Below, piece after piece: positions 53,070 through 64,000 of a stretch of DNA of 64,000 nt. The stretch is from NCBI GenBank assembly GCA_002633005.1, contig NMRA01000162.1:300440-364439 (forward strand), written 5' to 3'. The position numbers and the translations under genes were made by a program. Below the pieces are notes generated by a model. It had not been told where the DNA came from. It made no database searches and was given only the letters and a program-made list of their open reading frames with translations. Origin of the DNA: Phoronis australis. Its lineage: Eukaryota > Animalia > Phoronida. How positions within the stretch are numbered: the first letter of the stretch is position 1; every line of letters starts with the position of its first letter.

Positions 53070-53450
53070 CGCACGTAAATCACGTGCGTAAATTAATTCT
53101 TGTTATCTAATTGTTTGTGGCGTAAATTTACTTTTAACGGCGTAAATAATTTGCAGCGTAAATTAACTTTTAACAGCGTAAATTGACTTTTAATGGCATA
53201 AAGTAAGTACGTGAGGCGTAAATTAATTATCAACTGCGTAAATTATTAACGGTGTAAATTAATAAATTGCCGCCTAAATTAACTTTTAATAGCATTAATT
53301 AATTCTTCTTAGTGGCGTTAATTAATTATTAACGGCGTAAATTAATGATTAACGACATAAATTAAGTAGTTGTAGCACGAATGAACTTTTAACGGCGTAA
53401 ATTAATTATGTACTGCGTAAATTAAAGTAAATTCAAGCACGTAAGTTACA
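53070..53450. repeat. Degenerate ~20-bp AT-rich tandem array
   Basis: Repeated (g)cgtaaattaa-cttttaac(g) units. Confidence 0.85.
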
Positions 53451-53574
53451 TTTTTATTTATTTTGCTGCTACCAAATAATTATGAATTCAATGAGATTTG
53501 TTGGAAATCAACGACTTTAAGCAAACGCGTTCATATTCGTCGCGCCTTTTCCGTGTATTTATTATGCACACACA

Positions 53575-54530
53575 TATTTATCCAACTACCGGTGTGCCCC
53601 CTATTGGCAATTTTAGTTTTTTACGATTACCTTTGTATCTTCAAAAGTCCTTAACGAATTTTCATGAAATTTGGTATGTAGGCACCTATTAGTGAGATGA
53701 CGCTATCCTTCCGTTTTCGGATGGATTCGACGTAGTTTGCGCCACCTAGTGGCCATTTTTATCGTTTTCGAGTCTGTTTTTTGCGTCCACCTTTCTATCA
53801 ACCAAACCGCTCAAAGGATGATTGTGAAAATTGGCGTGTATGTGCTCACTATGAAGAGGACGGTTGACGATGATTTTCCGACGATTTTGGCTTCTGTGGT
53901 GCCTCCTAGTGGCAGTTTTGTTTTTTTTTGCGCCTATGGCTGTATCTCCTAAACAGTTCACAGGATCTTTACGAAATTGTGTAAGTATATTTACATGATG
54001 TTAGCAACGGACGACGACGACTTTCAGACGGATCCGACTACCAGTGTGCCCCTTAATGGCAATTTTATTTTTTTAGGTTTACCTCTCTATCTTTAAAAGT
54101 CCTTGACGGATTTTCATGAAATTTGATATGTAGGCACCTATTAGTAAAATGACAGTACCCTCCCGTTTTCGGATGGATTCGACGTAGTTTTCACCACCTA
54201 GTGACCATTTTTACTGTTTTCGAGTCTGTTTTTTGGGTCTACCCCTTTATCAACCAAACCGCTCAAAGGATGATTGTGAAAATTGGCATGTATGTGCTTA
54301 CTATATTAATAAAGAGGACGGTCGACTATGATTTTCCGACGATTTCGACTACTGTGGCACCTCCTAGTGGCAGTTTTGTTTCTTTGCGCCTGTGGCTGTA
54401 CATGTATCTTCCAAACCGTTCGCAAGATCTTTACTTAATTTAGCAAGTGTTATTACATGATGTTGAATACGGATGACGACGACTTTCAGGCGGATCCAAC
54501 GGACACTGTGCCCACTAGTGGCAATTTTTA
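53575..54530. repeat. Higher-order tandem repeat (~455-bp unit of three ~150-bp subunits) with CTCF-like motifs; related fragment at ~59270-59550
   Basis: 53590-54040 is repeated at 54043-54530; each subunit carries a GYGCCNCCTAGTGGC-like motif. Confidence 0.85.
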
Positions 54531-54859
54531 GATTGAGTGACTCGCCTATCCCCAGTCATTTCGATCACCATGTTTACCTGGACCGCTGTGTTAAAGCCGA
54601 AGGCAACCTTTTTCCATATCATTTTGAGCTAAAACAAGGTTGGTTGGTTATCTTAGACATATTTTCCACTTAATTACAGCTTTTTGTAATTTTATTAATG
54701 ACTCGTCCGCTACTCCGGAAGTGACGTTTTAGGAGGCAAGCATTTCGCGCCAATTTCTTTTCATATAGTCTGACTGTGAGAGCTGCCGAGTCAGTCATTG
54801 TTCTACCTCGGTTGTGTTAAGTTCCGTCGACGTTTGCTTTCATTTACTAGTCAGTCAAC

Positions 54860-55668
54860 ATGCCACACTGTTGCTGCGTACCAGGATGTACTAACTATCG
54901 GCTCACGCGCGCTTTGGGAGAACCTTTGCATCGCTTTCCGATGGATGACACACTTCGCCGTACTTGGCTCGTTCGTGTGAAGAACGCAGCGTTACCCGTC
55001 CACGCAACGTACAAAGCAGTGAAGAATTACAGTGTGTGGCAAGCACTTTCTGCCGTCCGATTACGAAAGGGATTTGTACGCTGAACTGATGAAGGTCCCT
55101 GCGAAACAACGTCTGAAGAAGGATGCCATTCCGTCTGTGTTGATTCCCGGCAGTGCACCGTCGCCACCCCCGAGAAGTGCGTTTTTGAAGCGAGAAGCCT
55201 CGCGAGCTGTGGCCAGTGCAGTGACTGGAGCCATTGGAGGCACTCCATCTACTGTCACCCGTGCCTCCGAACGTACCCCGGAGCGTGCAATTCCTGGAAC
55301 CAGTAGTGATTCGCCCTGTGCTGTTTTCTCCACCCCAGAGCCTCTAAGCAGCCCTGCAGCGATATTGAGTAGTGGGAGTGATAACAGGCTCAGTTCGACA
55401 CCCAGTGAAGAGGACAGTTCGTCGTCCAGTGAACATATCGGTGAGCCAAACTTTGATAAGTTTATTCTGGACTTGTCTAAAGTGTTGGAGCTATTTAGAA
55501 GGTGCCAGGTGTGTGGCGAGGGAGTCACACGACACAATGTAAGCAGTTTGGGTGCTCAGTTCACCATCCAGTGGGAGTGTGTCGCGGGAAACTATGGCAA
55601 GTAGGACAGTTGTTCCTGTGTCCGCAGTATGCCGGAGGTCCACTTAACCATGTCCAGTAGTAGCTTGG
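54860..55668 (+). pseudogene. THAP-domain transposase N-terminus (frameshifted, catalytic part deleted)
   Basis: MPHCCCVPGC..LHRFP..RRTW..VCGKHF..RLKKDAIPS is a C2CH THAP domain; frameshift in the gtgtgtg run at ~55032; later CQVC..C motif and a stop at 55602-04. Confidence 0.85.
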
Positions 55669-55951
55669 CCTCGTCGAACTCTGAACAGCACAAGCATTCC
55701 ATTGAGGTAGGCATAACAACGCACACAGTGCATTTGCACCAAGATGTGCCACCACGTCTGTCCTCAGTAGCCGCCTCGTTTCTCTCAACAGCTGCCTGTG
55801 CCTGTGCGTACTCTGCCTCGTTATACTCGGGCTCAAACATGTACCCACTCACTGAATGTCCGTGAAAAAATTCCTCGTCACCACTGCTGTGAACAAGGTC
55901 TCCGTCACTCACACTACTGTCACTGTGATACGGGTCACCGACTCCAGCCAT
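55668..55951 (-). pseudogene. Kolobok accessory ORF N-terminus, P2X7 cytoplasmic-ballast-like Cys cluster (truncated)
   Basis: MAGVGD...YMFEPEY...RRGGTSWCKCTVCVVMPTSMECLCCSE matches the WCxCxxC...ExxCC pattern; the same start is present in copy 1 (39610-39738). Confidence 0.8.
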
Positions 55952-56478
55952 TTTCAGCTTACAACACACTAAACAATCCCTAAGTCCAACGTAGTTGAGT
56001 TCTCTACTAACCTATCTTGCCGTAGAATACTCGCCGATGGAAAGTGGTGGCGACAATTGTTGAAAAACAGCACAAAACAAAAGTAGAACAGAACAGATTC
56101 GCACGGTAAAGTCAACGCAAAACCAAGTGGCGGGAAACGCTTGCCTCCTAAAACGTCACTTCCGGAGTAGCGGACGAGTAATTTATAAAATTACGAAATG
56201 CTGTAATTAAGTGGAAAATATGTCTAGGATTACCAACCAGCCTTATTTTAGCTCAAAATGACATGGAAAAAGGTTGCCTTTGCCGTTAATGTTGTTTTTG
56301 GAAGTCCATCAACCAGTGGAAACAACGCTGCTGCCGCACTCAGTTCCTCGCTGTATAAATGCCGCTCATGATCCTGATAAACCCACCGGCTCACTGACTT
56401 ACTCGTGCTGGACCCACAGACATGGTGCACGGACTCCATAACGATGCACTGTACAGTTTTTGGCAGCCTATGAGTTAT

Positions 56479-58388
56479 CGTTGCTGTAGTGATAAAAGTA
56501 GAGGTAAGTAGGCGCCCAAAGCACAGCGTATCGCCCTGAATTGAACTCGAAAAACCTGACTCACGAACATGTACATGTAGACCTATTTTTGCTTCACGAG
56601 TGGGTCTTTACTTAAAGTCTACAGTAGCGGATATAGGATGTCACAGAAAGGGGGCCCAAACTCTCATTATTTGAAGGCAGAAGCCCGCGTGTATTCCAAT
56701 CGGTCTCTGAAGAGGGGCCCCAAACACAATTATTGCAAAGGAGACTAGGCACGTAACGCTCAGAGACGATATGCTGTCGGTATTTTTAGTCGCCCGTAGG
56801 GTGTGTTCTTCGGGCCCCCTTCATCCGCCTTTGGTACAACACCATAACTGTTACTTTATCTTGAAATATTAATCTAAAAATTTATAATTCGGTGAACATA
56901 AGTTACTCTGTATGCTTCAAAGCCTAATTTCACAAAAACGATGTTACACAAGCACTGACGTTTATTAATGAGTTTAACACCATGTACAATGCGCAAACGT
57001 TCCTGCGCTTACATAATGCACAAACTCCAAGTAGCCGGGCTTTCTTGCAAGCAACTAGTTTTAAAGTTAGTAAGATACGAGGTACTAGTGACCTGTCCCA
57101 AGATAGAGTGTTTAGTTACAGAATGCTCCATAAATTTTCTTGTCTGCAGTCTTGTTCTTCTCCAAGTTACATGATCTGGACTGAGAACTATCAGCAGCTC
57201 TGTTTTGTCGAATCCAAGTTTCGGCATTAGGTTGGGTCGAACATGGAAAGCGGGGGACCATTGACTTTGCCAAACAGCAAGCTGAAGGTGATTTTTGATA
57301 ATAAACAAGAGCGAGCGTCTGTTACAATCCGATTCATTTCGCTGAATCTTCGCTCACGTTCAGTTGTACTGCAAGGAAGAGTCTTAATGCAGAGGTCCAG
57401 TTGTCGCAAAGCACTTGATAGGTTGTCTACTCTCACCGTCTCCTCCATATAATTGCTACGAACTCACGCATTCCCCTGATTGCCATTGTGGCAACAAACC
57501 CAAACCTCTCGCAAATACCCCTGACTTCGTGCTCGCCATGTCTTATCTCAGATCCCATCGGCCACGTTTTGGGGTCCAAGATACTTAGAAAAGAGCAAAA
57601 TGACTGCACATCGCTGTCAAGTGAATGCCGCTCCAATTTCCCCCCAACATTTTGAATAGCATGTCCAAGACATAATGGTCACGGTTGTTTATGTGAGGGT
57701 TTTCTTAAGTTCCATTGACCCAAACCTCTTTCTCTTGAGCGCATGTCAGTGCAGTGGCGAATGCTTCCGTGTATTATCAACCATAGACTAAGGACACGCA
57801 CCATCCGACGAATGTTTTTTTTGCTTGTAGCATAGTTGTGTTTCTGCATTGTAGATCCACAAGCAGGCTTCACAGCTCTTCTAGCACATTGTGCATCAAC
57901 ACAAGATTCTGAATGGAGGTGGGACTTTCCAAGTATCTCTACCGGCGGCAGTAATCCCAAAAACATGTTCCGATCTCTCGAATCAGGGTTTGTCTTCACT
58001 GGCTAACTCGAAATGCTGATGCAGTGCGTTCAATGAAATGGAGCTGTTCTACTTTTGACGACTTGTACCCGAGTTTTGTCAATCATGAGGTCATCGAAGC
58101 ATGCCTAGCGGTCACGCGCGGCGAAATATTCGGCAACAATGCTGTCTTCAGCGTAGCAGCGCACCGATACCGTAAGCTACAGTATGATCGTAAGAAGACC
58201 ACGTCTCACTATGCCGTCACTTAAATTACGGAGCGTAAGGGCTACGTTAAAATGTAAAAAGGTGGTTGGCTGCGCCTACGTGCGCCCACGTGCCACTATA
58301 CTGTAACTTACGGTGCGGAGGCGATACGTTAAATTGCAAAAAGGTGGTTGGCTGCGCCAACGTGCGCTTACGACCCACTACGGCACTG
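56479..58388 (-). mobile_element. hAT DNA transposon, decayed, with a nested MITE (56622-56833)
   Basis: 8-bp TSD TGAGTTAT at 56471-78 and 58389-96; termini cgttgctgtagtg / cactacggcactg; hAT dimerization motif IKTLPCSTTERERRFSEMNRIVTDARSCL; ~80-bp subterminal duplication at 58243-58388. Confidence 0.85.
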
Positions 58389-58765
58389 TGAGTTATCGCC
58401 GCCGACTACAGACTTGACGACAAATACGTCATATTTCCGTTTAGCTCTTATTGACAACTGAAAACCAGCGTCATATTGGTCCGAATGTATGCACTATATA
58501 CTCTAACTCATCGTAGGTGTAGTATTCAGAATTGGATCGTACATGTACGTAGGTCGGCAGGTCATCGCCCGAGGCTGACTTGTAAACAAACCGAAGACTA
58601 TCACAAGAGCGGTGAACCGGCATACATGTATTTTATGTGCGTTGGAGTAAGCATTGTGTATAAGTAAGCATTATGCTCATTGAATTTTATTACGCAGGTG
58701 CAAGGCTCCAGACACCACATCGCTGTCTCTCGGGAACCTAGCCAGGAACTTTAGGAAGCAACGAA

Positions 58766-58955
58766 ATGGAATCTAGCGTGAACAGTATTTACAGCTGGGT
58801 GGTGTGCTTTGCATCTTTCTTTGTCAACATGGTCTTGGACGGGACTCTCTTCTCATTTGGTCTTTTCTACGTCGAATTGCGGGAGTACTTTCAATGCAGC
58901 GAAAGCCAGGCGGCTTTGCCAGGCTCCTTGATGTACGGAATGGCATTCTTAGCAG
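58766..58955 (+). CDS. SLC16/monocarboxylate transporter (MFS), first coding exon (exon starts at 58698)
   Basis: MESSVNSIYSWVVCFASFFVNMVLDGTLFSFGLFYVELREYF..AALPGSLMYGMAFLA; in-frame stop upstream of the ATG; cag|gtaaaa donor. Confidence 0.92.
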
Positions 58956-61900
58956 GTAAAAGGCTTATAATTTGGTATCCGCGTTACTATACCTCTGGAA
59001 ACGTGTGCCCTTAGACAATTCTGATTAGCTGACATAAAACTGACCGACTTCGCGATGGGATATTGTATCTAAATAATGAAAATAGTGTATAACTGCATCA
59101 TCTAGCATGACCCCGCCAAAATCATAACAATACTAGGTTTTCTTAGAAACATCAATGGCCTACTGAGTAAGCCTTTTTGGGGGTTATCGTTCGACATGTG
59201 GATTTCCCTTGCAGAGTAAGTTCTCGCACTAATAAACTGTCTGACTTGCCTGGCTACTGTAGTGCCTACAATAATTACAATAGTATTTTTTCGCTTGGTT
59301 CTCGACTGTATCTCCGAAATACCTTGCCGGATCTTGAAATTTGGCAAGTGTATTTCTATGAACATGAAATCGCATGAACACGACTTTCAAACGCATATCA
59401 TTGTACGTCCTATTGGCAACTTTAGTTTTTTGTCGTGTGTATCTGTATCTTCGGAGCTCCTTGACGGATTTCATGAAATTTCACAAATATTTTTTTCTAT
59501 TCAAAAGACAAGGGATTTGACGTATTCTGCGCCACCTAGCGTCCATTTTTATTATGCGTACAAAACAAATTGTGGTCGCATATAGTCGTCCGGCGTCCGT
59601 TCTTATCTTTGTTTGACGAACCATGATGACGAAATCTGTTACAGAATTACACGGTGGGGATGTTCCGGCATCAGTCGATTTTCGAATAAATTATTATTTA
59701 GACTACAGTGGCTCTCCCTGCTGATTATTTTAGTTTTAGACATAAAATTCTTTGTCTATTAGTTTTCACCAGTGATGCTCAAGCGCTTGGTCAATATCTG
59801 CTGCGTTTATTTTCAGGAGGATCGACACTACATCACAACCTAACTGAATACTAGCTGTTAAGTTGTCTCTTCTTTCTATAGGACCTAACTGGTCCGAAGT
59901 TTCGTTGGCGTCGAAGACATCTCTTTCCACTTTCTATTTGAATGAATTAAACCAAGAAATGAAGGAATCATACAGCATTCTGGTTGTCTGCTCACATAGT
60001 CCATATTTTCAAACGCAAATATACTGTAGTCAGTCCAATCCGGCCTGACCAACAAGTGTGGTTGCTTCTGTTACGTTCATCAAGTCTATCAGCGATTCTG
60101 TCGCAAATCATTCCTCTGCAGACGTAATGCTGGTTGATGCCGTGTACTATAATTTCAGCACCACATTGTCTAAACAGTCTGTGAATATTTGCCTGCACGG
60201 GCTAGCTGTTGATTGTTTCACTATCCTCCTTTGTCCAATGGCGGATACGACAAATAAGTTGCCAGCCGAAGGGAACATGAGCAGACTAGAGGGAAAATCA
60301 AGGACCTTTCTTGACTCCAGAACCTTTCTTTCATTGCTATTTTCCACTTTTGCACGAATAAGAGTTTACTCAGCCGCCTTCTGTACTCTTTTCCTCTCCC
60401 TCTTACACCCAACCCGCCAGCATGAGGCCAGTCTTTACCCACAAAGAAGCAGACGTCGCAGACGTCTCACTCTACAACTACATGTGTATGCCGATTGCAA
60501 AAAACTTCCTGAGCATCAGAATCTTCAGTGATGTCACGGGCGGCCCTATGATTTTCTGGACAACGTAAAACAGAAAGGTGGCGCTGTGATTCCTCGGACA
60601 TCAATGGCATTATTCGACGGTTAAGCCTCAAAAAGTAATACTGTTTGACACTAAAGCTCCCAAAATATTTCCATTTGTTCCGATCTATAACGACGGTCTC
60701 AAGGCGGCAATGAAACCAATTGAAGGTCCATTGGTGGGGCACCGATTTTAGGTGTGCGTCTCACAATGTACTGTAACACCTTTGCAAATTTTTCATTACA
60801 TCTATTTGAACATGGGCAGGCGTTCATAGGAGGTGCACTATAAGGCGGGTTATGTAGGTATATGCATGGTTTTACTCTAGTGACTAATCAGTGTCACAAT
60901 AGGACCATCTTGTCAAAACGGTCTTTATTTGGTTAATATGATATGTCACTAGCTCAATAAAAATTTCAAATATTTTTGCGCTTGATTTGTTTTTGGTTAT
61001 CGTTGCAAACCCTTTTGGCGCTAGTTTTAGTCTTGTAAAGCTTTCTACGCCAATCCAATGAGTCCTTGGTCGAAGAATTATCTAATCGACCGACAATCAG
61101 GCGAAAACCGGGAAATTCCGCGCGGCGCAAGTGTCAAAAATCACCAATCGGTACCACGCCAGGAAAAATAAAGGTTTTGTGAGGCTAGATCGATCTTATC
61201 AATCGCTGCAGGGTCAGTCGCGAGAATAGGCGTGCCGTCGCTGAGCGATTTCCAACGGATGCTGAGCCCATACATGTATGTGTTCACGATTGTCTTTTAA
61301 ATGCTGTCTCAGTGTCGAGCTAGCATCGGCTTAGCCTCTTACAATGTCTTCGTCACGCATCAAACCGGGTCGATGGCTCGGGTGACGACCGTGTTGATTG
61401 TGATGTCCGGGTGATTTTAATCAACTCGAATGTAGCGGCCCATTTAATAGACACGAGATGCCGGTTGATAGTAGTTGACGTCGACCAACTCCGACTGGTA
61501 ATTGACCCTCAGATCACTGGACAACCACCGGTCAGTAGTACTGATGAAACAACATGGTACGGTACACAGTGTCTGTGCATGTGATGCCCACAATTAAACT
61601 GAAGACAGCTGATCCATTTTATCAAACTATTGCGACAACCTGCGATAGCGGATCTTACGACATTAAAGTACCGTATAATAGATTCCTAGAAACCATCAAT
61701 CGAATTCTGTGATTGAGGTTTTCAGAGTTCATACTGGGTCGTCGTCGATTAGTTAATGATTACCCCCACGGTGAATGACATACCGCATTATGTGAACGCA
61801 GTGAACCAATAAACGAGTTTGATCTTTGACCACCTGCCGAATCCCCTCAACCAAAATAGCATGTACTGACGGCCGATAGGAGCAGCGACCCATGACCACG

Positions 61901-63475
61901 AGCTTGCAGTGGATTGCCTTAAAGCCTTTTTATGACCTTCAGATATTTGCCAATACATATTTGTGTACGTGACAGTAAAATAAGGCGAAGGACAACGTAG
62001 TTATTGAAACCCTGTTGACGGTGAATTGCACTGTTCTTTAATAGCGCAACAAAACCTAAGTTCACATTTTCACATTTCCCTCACACCACAATAACAGTTG
62101 CAAAACATTCAGTGGATGAAAAAAATCACCGATGTGTTCAAGAGTGTCATTTGCCAACATTTTTTTGAAAACAGTATGACTTGGAAACTATGTACTCACA
62201 GGCAAAAACAGTATAATTCTGTTAAAATCCAACGTTTTCTCAACTTCAGACACAACAATGTTTTTAGCTGATTGTGAGGCTATTTCGACTACTCATATTC
62301 CATTACAAAACAAGAAGGTGATCGGTAACACATCTTTTCACACCACTGCCGGTACGTTGATTCATTTTAAGAGCCGGACAAGGGACATGGAAAATGTTTC
62401 GAAAAATCGCATAAAATTTGGGCTAGCAAACTCTGAATACTCCTGGTCGTCACCTGCAGTAGGCCTACAGCAAAACCCGGTGGCGAAATGAATTCTCCCA
62501 CGTGCACTCAAATATTGACTTCCGGACAATCGTTTACATAGGCCTGAACGATGCAAGCTTAAGACCCTCAAGGGTTGTAGTAAATTTTTTACCAATAACG
62601 CTGATTCACAAGTCTTAACAAACACTATGGGCAAATTGCACTTTTAAATTGCTAATAGTATTTCGTCCTCTTGTATTATGGTGGCTGCTTAAGATATAGC
62701 GCCGCATGCGCAGTAATACATGTTACAAAATTCAGGCGATGGGACCACCTGAACCCGTATTCGGACTGACGAGAAACAAACCTGTAATAGTTTTTAAAAC
62801 GCATGCATGACATGTCGAAAGACTCACGTGCAGCTGTAAAGTTAGACAGTGGCCACAGTCTCTGCTGGCTCCGCAATAGAGACTGTGAATCTCCTTAGAC
62901 GCTTCATACGCCGGAAGATTTTCGGGATGTATGGCTCGCACTGACTAAAATATCAATGCTGTGTTGTTATAAACACTTTTTGCGCACAGAGGGACACCTT
63001 AAGAGGCCATCGATGTATTTAATGCCTTCCAACTCGAACGCGTTATCAAACTTTACTTCGAGCACTCCCTCGTTCAGTTCCCAAAATCAGTAACTCACCA
63101 TTTTTAATACTTTCCTCCGTCTGGGGATATGGCGTCATGGCATGGAACATGATGTCTTTTGGATCCAAGGACATTGTAGCAATTGAAACACCCCGTCGCA
63201 AAGCAGTACAAATTTACCGTCATTTTGATACACGAAAGATGTTAAGACGCGGTTTATGCCAGTAGGTTGAAACACCCCGTCCGCATTACATGGAATTCGC
63301 CAGTGGAGCCGAGTGCCAGTTTTCATGGTCACCGGCTGGCGGGTTAGTCAGTTTATATGGCGCTGGTATTTCGAAAGAGTTTTTTATTAGTCATACATCT
63401 AGGCTACAAGTTCTATGTAAGGGCTTTGCGTATTCAATGTATGTTGTGATCTTGGATGTGTCATTATCCTTTCAG

Positions 63476-63619
63476 GGCCGATGGTGAGCGTTGTCGTAAA
63501 TCGTTTTGGCTGTCGCGCAGCTACAACGCTGGGCGGTATTGTCTCCGCCGCCGGACTGATTTGCTCAAGTTTATCCACCCGCATAGAAGTGTTAGTGTTT
63601 TTCTATGGCATCGTTGGAG
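63476..63619 (+). CDS. SLC16/MCT coding exon 2 (144 nt)
   Basis: tttcag acceptor, gtgagt donor; GPMVSVVVNRFGCRAATTLGGIVSAAGLICSS...FFYGIVG with the MCT NRFGCR motif. Confidence 0.94.
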
Positions 63620-63875
63620 GTGAGTGTGTCTATTTCCTTACAGATAACATTTTGTGTTCACCAGTTAGATTCGGAAATATCTGAAAAGGTGTTTTCATTC
63701 AAAAGGCACAACTAAACTTGCAAACCATTCGTTCATAGGTGTCCATGAAACATGAAACCCATTTACAAAAGTGGATCTGCTATGTCTGCAGGCAGTCTTG
63801 TGAGTTTGCTTTCGTGATTGGATTTACGTTTTATCTACCATTAAGTCACAGAAGTGTTATATGGTGCTTCTTCAG

Positions 63876-63977
63876 GTATTGGGATGAGTCTGTTGTTCAT
63901 ACCGTCCCTGATGATAGTGAGTTTATACTTCAAGGAAAAGAGGGCCCTGGCGAACGGCATCGCAACCTGTGGATCAG
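63876..63977 (+). CDS. SLC16/MCT coding exon 3 (102 nt); the gene continues beyond the window
   Basis: cttcag acceptor, gtaaac donor; GIGMSLLFIPSLMIVSLYFKEKRALANGIATCGS with the MCT YFxxKRxLAxG motif. Confidence 0.94.
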
Positions 63978-64000
63978 GTAAACATTAGGGGGGGGGGGGG

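Larger units (their letters stand above)
54595..56285. mobile_element. Kolobok-type DNA transposon, copy 2 (1.69-kb internal-deletion derivative)
   Basis: TTAA at 54591-94 and 56286-89, ~158-bp TIRs, two convergent truncated ORFs. Confidence 0.92.

Overview
AT-rich, intron-rich animal genomic DNA, probably from a marine invertebrate; the taxon cannot be fixed from sequence alone. The ORF track is mostly noise, so genes were assembled by hand from GT-AG exons and phases. Four genes are supported: (1) the 3' half of VPS26 (+), with two tandem 107-nt versions of one exon that must be mutually exclusive; (2) a convergent SPRYD3-like gene (-) with ten phase-consistent coding exons; (3) a 3-exon antisense gene nested in a SPRYD3 intron, absent from the ORF track, encoding a secreted ~103-aa pacifastin-type protease inhibitor; (4) the first three coding exons of an SLC16/MCT transporter (+). 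The rest is mostly transposons and repeats: two Kolobok-type elements (THAP ORF facing a P2X7-ballast-like ORF, ETS-CRE motifs in the TIRs), Sola3-like elements, a decayed Gypsy, a hAT with an 8-bp TSD, LINE fragments, MITEs, hairpin-rich repeats and a ~150-bp-periodic array of CTCF-like sites. Comparisons with human proteins and TE families are from memory, not database searches.
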